Shown here: positions 57,559 through 64,000 of the stretch, piece after piece
How the letters are laid out: every line of letters begins with the position of its first letter
Position numbering within the stretch: the first letter of the stretch is position 1
Assembly (NCBI GenBank): GCA_049325535.1
Contig: JBMOKY010000001.1
Coordinates: forward strand, 422,611 to 486,610
Origin: Patescibacteria group bacterium
Lineage (GTDB): Bacteria; Patescibacteriota; Patescibacteriia; UBA10025; JAHIVO01
Reading direction: 5' to 3'
Length of the DNA: 64,000 nt
Made by a program: the position numbers and the translations under genes
The notes under the pieces: generated by a model
Database searches by the model: none
What the model saw: the letters and a program-made list of their open reading frames with translations, nothing else
Told to the model about the DNA's origin: nothing

Positions 57559-57578
57559 AAACTTTTGTAATCGGGTAA

Positions 57579-58211
57579 TTATTTTTTTAGAAGAAACCAG
57601 GTAATGTCATCCTGTGGATAGTGGGGATCGCGGTGATAATTAAATCCATATGCAACAAGTTTCAACCGTGGATAGCGGTCCATTATTTCACCGCAGAAAT
57701 CACGCTTAAATAAACGGTTTTTGTACCCACGATAGGGGATCATGACAGGGCTGGGATTATAGTACTCACCAACGCAAATATATTGTGCGCTCGATTCATA
57801 TAGTTTTTTGTACACTATTGGCAACTTTTTTGGATTAACATGGATCAAAACACCTTTGATAAAAACTAAGTCCCAGCGCCGATGCGGCCGGAAATCTAAT
57901 ATTGACTGGTTGAAAACCTCGATCGATCCGCCACTCCATTCGCGCATCGCCTGTGCAGCAGTTGCATTGATCTCGATGGCAGTTAATGCTGCCCGCGGTC
58001 GGAGGGCATGGATAGCTCGTAAGTTCATGCCTATGTTTGCGCCGAACTCCAATACTGAGTTGATGTGGTTCTTATTTGGTATATGCTTAAAAATGCGTTT
58101 GAAATAATGTTTTTGGTTCTCCAAAAACCTTTTTCCGGTATTCCGTTGGATATAGTCGTCTCCAAATTTCGTTGCCCAAAATTTTTCTTGTGCGGTGGCG
58201 TATTGTTTCAT
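57579..58211 (-). CDS. Pseudaminic-acid-biosynthesis-associated SAM methyltransferase
   Basis: QEKFW..FGDDY..RN, EFGANIGMNL, GVLIH, YRG...LFKRDF, DDITWFLL. Confidence 0.9.
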   Translation of the reverse strand: MKQYATAQEKFWATKFGDDYIQRNTGKRFLENQKHYFKRIFKHIPNKNHINSVLEFGANIGMNLRAIHALRPRAALTAIEINATAAQAMREWSGGSIEVFNQSILDFRPHRRWDLVFIKGVLIHVNPKKLPIVYKKLYESSAQYICVGEYYNPSPVMIPYRGYKNRLFKRDFCGEIMDRYPRLKLVAYGFNYHRDPHYPQDDITWFLLKK

Positions 58212-58217
58212 GGCAGT

Positions 58218-59375
58218 TTAGTTAGCGGATAATGATTTAATAGCAGTGATGACGCGCGTCACGTCTGTATTAGTCAAATCAGGATAAAGCGGCAGACTCA
58301 ACTCTTGTTCATAAAAATCCTCCGCAATGGGGAAATCGCCCAAATGATAGCCAAAGTTTTTTTGATAATATGGTTGCATATGAACCGGAATATAATGCAC
58401 TTGTGTGCCTATCCCTTGATCTGCAAGTCGCCGCATCACGATAGCTCGAGTTGTTTTTAGTACCTGAAAATCAATACGCAATGTGTACAGATGGAAAGCG
58501 GAGATTATCCCTTTGCGTTCCACCGGAATCGAGACATATGATAGTTCAGCGAATGCTTTATTATATTCGGTCACAATGTCCCGACGTCGCCTGATAAAAT
58601 TAGGTAATTTTTTCATTTGGCTTATTCCGAGCGCGGCATGCAGGTCAGATAATCGGTAGTTAAATCCGAGTGTTTGCATTTCGTAGTACCATGGACCAGG
58701 ATTTTGAGACAGATACTCGGGGCTTTTTGTAATCCCGTGTGTACGTAATAGTAATAGACGTTGGTATAATACATCATCATTGGTTGTGATGGCGCCACCT
58801 TCAGCCGTTGTGATTGTTTTTACCGGGTGGAAGGAAAAAGTGGTGAGGTCAGCATAGCGGCCCGACCCTACCGGAGTACCATCAGCGTAATATGAGCCGA
58901 TTGCATGAGCGGCGTCTTCAATAATTTTTAAATTGTGTTGATCCGCGATAGTTTTAATTGATTCCATGTCAGCGGGCTGGCCGGCATAATGGACAGGAAT
59001 CACCATCTTGGTTCGAGGGGTAATAGCTTTTTTAATTGCCGCAGGGTCGATGCAACCTGTCATGAGATCGATATCGGCAAACCGGGGGAGTAAATTGTTG
59101 TACACTAGTGCATTTGCTGATGCGACAAAAGTCATTGGCGTGGTAATACCTTCACTGCCAGCAGGTAGTTCAAGCGCAGCCACCGCCAAATGAAGGGCAG
59201 CAGTGCCATTTGCGACAGCAACACAATAACGAGCTCCGGTCAGTTGCCGTATCGATTCCTCGAACTCCGTGACACGCGGACCCTGGGTAAGATAATCACT
59301 TCGGAGAGTATTGATGACTGCGGCAACATCATCATCATCAATATGTTGCTTTCCATAAGACAGAGTATTGGACAT
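58218..59375 (-). CDS. pseC: UDP-4-amino-4,6-dideoxy-N-acetyl-altrosamine transaminase
   Basis: YGKQHI, LTQGP, NGTAALH, FSFHPVKTITTAEGG, GFNYRL. Confidence 0.93.
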   Translation of the reverse strand: MSNTLSYGKQHIDDDDVAAVINTLRSDYLTQGPRVTEFEESIRQLTGARYCVAVANGTAALHLAVAALELPAGSEGITTPMTFVASANALVYNNLLPRFADIDLMTGCIDPAAIKKAITPRTKMVIPVHYAGQPADMESIKTIADQHNLKIIEDAAHAIGSYYADGTPVGSGRYADLTTFSFHPVKTITTAEGGAITTNDDVLYQRLLLLRTHGITKSPEYLSQNPGPWYYEMQTLGFNYRLSDLHAALGISQMKKLPNFIRRRRDIVTEYNKAFAELSYVSIPVERKGIISAFHLYTLRIDFQVLKTTRAIVMRRLADQGIGTQVHYIPVHMQPYYQKNFGYHLGDFPIAEDFYEQELSLPLYPDLTNTDVTRVITAIKSLSAN

Positions 59376-59383
59376 GTGACGTG

Positions 59384-60382
59384 CTAGTAAATTATGTCAA
59401 TTTTACTCAGATATTTTCTGATTTGCAATTCAGTAAGCCATTGAGCATTGGTGTCGGATGAATAGCGGAAATTATGAGCTACTCGTTTTCCTCCTTTTTT
59501 AAAATGTTTGCTCAGCACCCACCAATCAAAGTCCGGATAGATAATGTAATGATCCTTATAGTCGTATGTGGTTCGCGAATCTTCGACAGTAATCATTACT
59601 TCGTGGAGTTTTTCACCTTCTCGAATGCCGACTTCTTTAAGTTTAACATGGGGTAACATAGCTTTCGCAATGTCTACAATATTTGTCGAAGGAATTTTAG
59701 AGACGTATATTTCCCCCCCTTTTGACTCACGAATTGCCCGAAAAACTAGATCGACGCCCTGATCGAGGGTGATCCAGAAGCGAGTCATACGCATGTCAGT
59801 AATCGGCAGCTCCTTTGCACCCTGGTCAATCAGTGTTTTAAAAAAAGGCACGACTGACCCGCGACTGCCCACGACGTTTCCGTATCGAACTACACTGAAG
59901 GCAGTATCCTTCCCGCCTACATATGCGTTTGCCGCTACGAATAATTTATCGGAAACAAGCTTTGTGGCGCCGTACAGATTGACGGGATTTACAGCTTTAT
60001 CAGTTGAGAGTGCCACAATTTTTTTTACGCCGCGGTCAATTGATGCGTTAATGACATTTTGTGCACCAAAAATGTTTGTTTTGATCGCTTCCATGGGGTT
60101 ATATTCCGCGGCGGGGACATGTTTGAGAGCCGCCGCATGGATTACGATATCTATACCCTCCAGTGCGCGTTTTAACCGGTCGGCATCGCGTACATCTCCT
60201 ATGAAATACCGTATATGGCTATCATATTTTGCATACTGGCGCCTCATGAGATACTGTTTATACTCGTCTCGGGAATAAATTATCACACGCCTAGGTTTAT
60301 ATTCTGCAAAAATTCGTTCAGTGAATTTTTTGCCGAATGATCCCGTGCCGCCGGTTATGAGAATAGATTTTCCATTAAGCAT
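59384..60382 (-). CDS. pseB: UDP-GlcNAc 4,6-dehydratase (inverting)
   Basis: TGGTGSFG, HAAALKHVP.AEYNP, STDKA, YGATK, RYGNVVGSRGSV, MTRFWI. Confidence 0.95.
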   Translation of the reverse strand: MLNGKSILITGGTGSFGKKFTERIFAEYKPRRVIIYSRDEYKQYLMRRQYAKYDSHIRYFIGDVRDADRLKRALEGIDIVIHAAALKHVPAAEYNPMEAIKTNIFGAQNVINASIDRGVKKIVALSTDKAVNPVNLYGATKLVSDKLFVAANAYVGGKDTAFSVVRYGNVVGSRGSVVPFFKTLIDQGAKELPITDMRMTRFWITLDQGVDLVFRAIRESKGGEIYVSKIPSTNIVDIAKAMLPHVKLKEVGIREGEKLHEVMITVEDSRTTYDYKDHYIIYPDFDWWVLSKHFKKGGKRVAHNFRYSSDTNAQWLTELQIRKYLSKIDIIY

Positions 60383-61481
60383 ATGGTAAACAATCCCTTG
60401 ATAATAATGTATTGATAATGTTTGTCTGTGTAGTATCTTTTAATTCTGGGAATATGGGCAAAGATAATACTTGGGATGAGGCTTGCATTGAATGAGGAAA
60501 GTCTTCTTTCTTATATCCCAGGTCGGCGTAAGCTTTTTGCACGTGCAGCGGTTCCGGATAGTATACCATAGTTGGGATGCCGATTTTTTGTAGCACCGGT
60601 CGAAGGGAATCCCTTTTCTTCACCTTGATTGTATATTGATGGTACACATGACTTGCACCCGGTGCAATTGAAGGGGTGGTTATTTTAGAATCAACGAGTA
60701 ATTCATCGTAGCGAGCTGCTAATCGCTGTCTTTTGGCATTCCAATCATCTAAGTATGGCAGTTTCGCGAGCAGGATTGCCGCCTGCATGGTATCCAGTCG
60801 TGAGCTCGCTCCGACGAAATCGGTGTAGTATTTTTTTGGTTGACCGTGAATCCTCCATTGGCGAAGGTATTCTGCTATTTTTTTATCGCTGGTCACCACC
60901 ATCCCACCGTCCCCATAGGCACCGAGATTTTTGGTCGGAAAAAAAGAAAAGCAGCCCGTGGTACCAAACGATCCGACTTTTTTACCATTATATTCCGCAC
61001 CGATTGCCTGAGCGCAATCTTCGATGACATATAGTTTATGCTTTTGTGCTATGGCCATAATTGCGTCCATCTCAGCAGCCTGCCCGTAGAGATGAACCGG
61101 AATGATTGCCTTGGTTTTTTTTGTGATGGCAGCTTCGAGAAGTTTTGGGTCGACATTAAATGTTTTTGGATTGATATCCACAAAAACAATTTTTCCTCCG
61201 GCTATCGCGACTGCCTCAGCCGTAGCGATATAGGTAAACGTCGGAACTATGACCTCGTCTCCAGGGGTGATGCCCAGCGCGATCAGAGATGCAGTGAGTG
61301 CGTCGCTTCCTGAATTTAGACCAACGGCGTATGGCACACCTACGTACTCGGCAATTTTTTGTTCCAGTTCAGCCACCTCGTCACCCATAATGAATGACGA
61401 GTTTTGAATCACTCGGTTGATAGCCGCGTCAACTTCTTTTTTTATTGACTGATATTGAGCTTCGAGGTCAAGGAACTTCAT
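60375..61481 (-). CDS. wbpE: DegT-family aminotransferase (WbpE-like)
   Basis: MKFLDL..QY, HLYGQ, EDCAQA, SFFPTKNLGAYGDGG, SRLDTMQAA; next to wbpD and wbpB homologs. Confidence 0.8.
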   Translation of the reverse strand: MKFLDLEAQYQSIKKEVDAAINRVIQNSSFIMGDEVAELEQKIAEYVGVPYAVGLNSGSDALTASLIALGITPGDEVIVPTFTYIATAEAVAIAGGKIVFVDINPKTFNVDPKLLEAAITKKTKAIIPVHLYGQAAEMDAIMAIAQKHKLYVIEDCAQAIGAEYNGKKVGSFGTTGCFSFFPTKNLGAYGDGGMVVTSDKKIAEYLRQWRIHGQPKKYYTDFVGASSRLDTMQAAILLAKLPYLDDWNAKRQRLAARYDELLVDSKITTPSIAPGASHVYHQYTIKVKKRDSLRPVLQKIGIPTMVYYPEPLHVQKAYADLGYKKEDFPHSMQASSQVLSLPIFPELKDTTQTNIINTLLSRDCLPYA

Positions 61482-62059
61482 GTGACTTGAGATATCGAAT
61501 TATTTTTTTCTATATACTGTTGATTACAAACACTGCAGCGAGCTGTATTACCATCAAATTCAAGCCGAGTAGCGTGATCGGAGACCCACCCGTGGTGACG
61601 CGCAGGATTACCGTACCATAGTGCAAAATCAGGTACATCCTTCGTCACTACTGACCCCGCGCCGATAAATGCGTATTTCCCGATAGTAATACCACAGACG
61701 ATAGTGACATTGGCGCCAATCGTAGCGCCTCTTCGAATCACAGTTTTTTTGTAGTTACCATGTTTTGGGAATTCCGCCCGTGGATTCCAGTCATTCGTAA
61801 ACACCATTGACGGCCCGCAGAAAACGTAGTCGTCAATGACAACTTTATCATACACCGAAACGTTATTCTGTATCTTTGCATTGTTACCGATTACTGCCTG
61901 CCCACCCACATACACATTCTGTCCTAGGGAGCAGTTTTGTCCGATCTGGGCTCCTGACATGACATGTGAAAAATGCCAGATTTTGGTGCCCGCCCCGATG
62001 ATCGCTCCGTCATCGATGATAGCCGTGGGATCGGCAAAATATCCTTCGTTTTCTCTCAT
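61478..62059 (-). CDS. wbpD: Hexapeptide-repeat N-acetyltransferase (WbpD/WlbB-like)
   Basis: TKIWHFSHV, CSLGQNV, KIQNNVSVY, FCGPSMVFTN, GNPAR. Confidence 0.9.
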   Translation of the reverse strand: MRENEGYFADPTAIIDDGAIIGAGTKIWHFSHVMSGAQIGQNCSLGQNVYVGGQAVIGNNAKIQNNVSVYDKVVIDDYVFCGPSMVFTNDWNPRAEFPKHGNYKKTVIRRGATIGANVTIVCGITIGKYAFIGAGSVVTKDVPDFALWYGNPARHHGWVSDHATRLEFDGNTARCSVCNQQYIEKNNSISQVT

Positions 62060-62137
62060 AAATAGGCCCTACAATTAAAAACAGGGTTGGTGATATTATA
62101 CCAATCCTGTTTGAGTGTCGCAAGGTCTCAGCTGGCT

Positions 62138-63082
62138 TTATTTTACGTGAGCCAGTGCCTGAGGGTGGGTATGTTCATTAGGCGGCTGCAGTGTGGCGTG
62201 GCGGATGGCATGGACGATATCGATTGAGGGGCGAGCGTCCTCCGTGCCAAATCCACCTCCATTCAAAATGTCCTGATATACCAGCGTATGGAGGTCGGTA
62301 AATCCATCGGAAAATTCTATCTCGTCACCATCGAGCGTCATGGAACGGAAGGTTTTTTTATCTCCTGCAGCTGCAGGCAGATCATCACTATCGACGGACA
62401 GATACCATTGCACGTCGGCATGTTTCAGCTCCAGGTAGCCACTTACTCGGCGGTCATCTTTGAGGTATATGACATTTTTTGACGCGGGCCCGAAAAGCCA
62501 CATGAGCAAATCGAAGAAATGGATTCCAATATTGGTCGCTAGACCGCCTGATTTGTCGAGCACACCTTTCCACGATGACAGGTACCATGATCCGCGGGAG
62601 GTGATATAGGTGAGGGAAATATGATGTCGTTTGTCAGAACGTTCGCCGAGTTTCTTTTTCAGTTCGATCAGTTTCGGATGCAGCCTGAGCTGCAACACGG
62701 TGAATATTTTTTTTCCGTATTCGCGCTCTAGTTCCTGCAGCGCGTCGATGTTCCACGGGTTCAGTACCAGCGGCTTCTCGCAAATGGCATTAGCACCGAC
62801 CCGGAGGGCAAATCTAATATGTGCGTCATGTAAATAATTTGGAGAACAGATGCTGACGTAGTGCACTTCCGTGCCTTTGTCATCCCGGCGCAGTTTATCG
62901 ACGTGCCGATCGAAACGCTCGAATTCGGTAAAGAACCGAGCGTGGGGGAAGTAGCTATCCATGATGCCGACGGAGTCGTGTGGATCGAGTGCTGCCACCA
63001 CCGTGTTTCCAGTTTCCTTGATAGCTTTGAGATGGCGCGGTGCGATATACCCGGCAACCCCAGTAATAGCAAAATTGCTCAT
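62138..63082 (-). CDS. wbpB: Gfo/Idh/MocA oxidoreductase (WbpB/WlbA, UDP-GlcNAcA 3-dehydrogenase)
   Basis: GVAGYIAPRHLKAI, SPNYLHDAH, CEKPL, TNIGIHFFD, EFSDGFTDLH. Confidence 0.92.
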   Translation of the reverse strand: MSNFAITGVAGYIAPRHLKAIKETGNTVVAALDPHDSVGIMDSYFPHARFFTEFERFDRHVDKLRRDDKGTEVHYVSICSPNYLHDAHIRFALRVGANAICEKPLVLNPWNIDALQELEREYGKKIFTVLQLRLHPKLIELKKKLGERSDKRHHISLTYITSRGSWYLSSWKGVLDKSGGLATNIGIHFFDLLMWLFGPASKNVIYLKDDRRVSGYLELKHADVQWYLSVDSDDLPAAAGDKKTFRSMTLDGDEIEFSDGFTDLHTLVYQDILNGGGFGTEDARPSIDIVHAIRHATLQPPNEHTHPQALAHVK

Positions 63083-63369
63083 ATTGTTTTGTTCTGATGT
63101 TTACTAGTAAAAAGATATATCATCAGGCTGATAGCGCAGATGATGAGAATTATCAAACTGATTGTGAGTAGGGAAAAGGGCAGACCAAAACGATTCAGTG
63201 CGTAGGTGAGGGTCGGTACAGAAATTATGGACAGTATCACGCTGAAGATCACTCGCTGAAATGTCCATGTCTTTTCACGTGGCCAGATCGCCAGGGAAAT
63301 GCAAAAACCCGGCAGCCAGAGAGCGACGACTAAACCAACGGCCATGCGTATCACATCCAGGATTTGCAT
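63079..63369 (-). CDS. Small membrane protein (DUF1616-like)
   Basis: WLPGF...WP....QR..FSVILSI pattern; three TM segments. Confidence 0.65.
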   Translation of the reverse strand: MQILDVIRMAVGLVVALWLPGFCISLAIWPREKTWTFQRVIFSVILSIISVPTLTYALNRFGLPFSLLTISLIILIICAISLMIYLFTSKHQNKTI

Positions 63370-63440
63370 ACGTATGAAAAATACTAAAAAGTGACCAATA
63401 TTGCCGAGATGTAAGCACATGGTAGCAAAATCTAGCCACT

Positions 63441-63468
63441 TTGAAAAGGGAGGGTATGATGGTATAAT
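63441..63468 (+). promoter_or_regulatory. Putative promoter
   Basis: TTGAAA, 16 nt, then TATAAT with TGn, 12 nt before ATG 63481. Confidence 0.55.
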
Positions 63469-63480
63469 AAGCACCGTATT

Positions 63481-64000
63481 ATGCGCATCATTACCCGATT
63501 ACGACTGCCCACCACCCCAATAGTATTAGCTGTGTTGCTCGCATTTTTTTTCTGTGTCTACGGCAGTTATTATCAGGGGATTTCTGTTTTTACTTCGCCG
63601 GATGAGACGGCAAATTATTTTTTTGCCACTCAGTTTGCCGATTCCGGCTCTTTGGCTGTTGCCGATGATATCAATGCTGATTCGAATGGTATCGTCCACC
63701 CGCGCAGCGTCAAACTCAACGCGCACGGTGAGATGGTTCCCGGCAGTTTTGTCGGTATGCCCCTCTACTACGGCATCATCGCAACGGCGGTTGGCGATTG
63801 GAGTATACGGTGGCTGACCCCACTGGCGGCCGTACTGGGGGCGCTGGCTTTTTATTTTATCGTTAGGAGAATATTTGGTAAGCTGACGGCTGTTGTTTCT
63901 ATCGCATGTCTGCTCATTCTTCCACCATATTGGTATTATGCCAGCCGCGGCATGTTTCATAATGTGCTTTTTATATCTCTGATACTTATTTGCGTTTCAT
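63481..64000 (+). CDS. ArnT/PMT-like (GT-C) membrane glycosyltransferase, running off the window end
   Basis: Hand translation MRIITRLRLPTTPIVLAVLLAFFFCVYGSYYQGISVFTSPDETANYFF...HPRS...VPGSFVG; the DE motif follows TM1. Confidence 0.7.
   Translation, partial: MRIITRLRLPTTPIVLAVLLAFFFCVYGSYYQGISVFTSPDETANYFFATQFADSGSLAVADDINADSNGIVHPRSVKLNAHGEMVPGSFVGMPLYYGIIATAVGDWSIRWLTPLAAVLGALAFYFIVRRIFGKLTAVVSIACLLILPPYWYYASRGMFHNVLFISLILICVS

Overview
This 64-kb bacterial chromosomal window uses genetic code 11. Gene content (DUF4012, GT-C membrane glycosyltransferases, a subtilase with FG-GAP-like repeats, compact near-leaderless genes) suggests a CPR/Patescibacteria genome; that assignment is inference. 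Layout: (1) 1-13.7 kb holds AlgI/AlgJ O-acetylation genes, a GH1/NUDIX/Dus operon, an FTR1 iron permease beside an IsdG-like gene broken by an in-frame TGA, a RimK-GNAT-ATP-grasp operon, recJ and RNase HI. (2) RNase P RNA lies at about 13.73-14.13 kb. (3) A surface-glycan operon spans 14.2-21.9 kb. (4) An accessory island spans 22.0-25.4 kb. (5) murJ, lepA and protease genes follow. (6) About 30 kb of glycan biosynthesis sits in two convergent blocks, with a complete pseudaminic-acid pathway (plus amidotransferase and methylase) and a WbpA/B/E/D/I-type diacetamido-uronate pathway. The most unusual feature is the 22-25.4 kb island. One promoter and a ~580-nt structured leader with a terminator/antiterminator pair precede four unrelated small membrane-protein genes. 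Each gene is preceded by a length-invariant, covarying hairpin with a 42-nt core. The island also holds two copies of an unrecognised three-way-junction RNA motif, and a separately promoted structured RNA with 13 nt of perfect complementarity to the leader's antiterminator strand. All structures were paired by eye, not computed.
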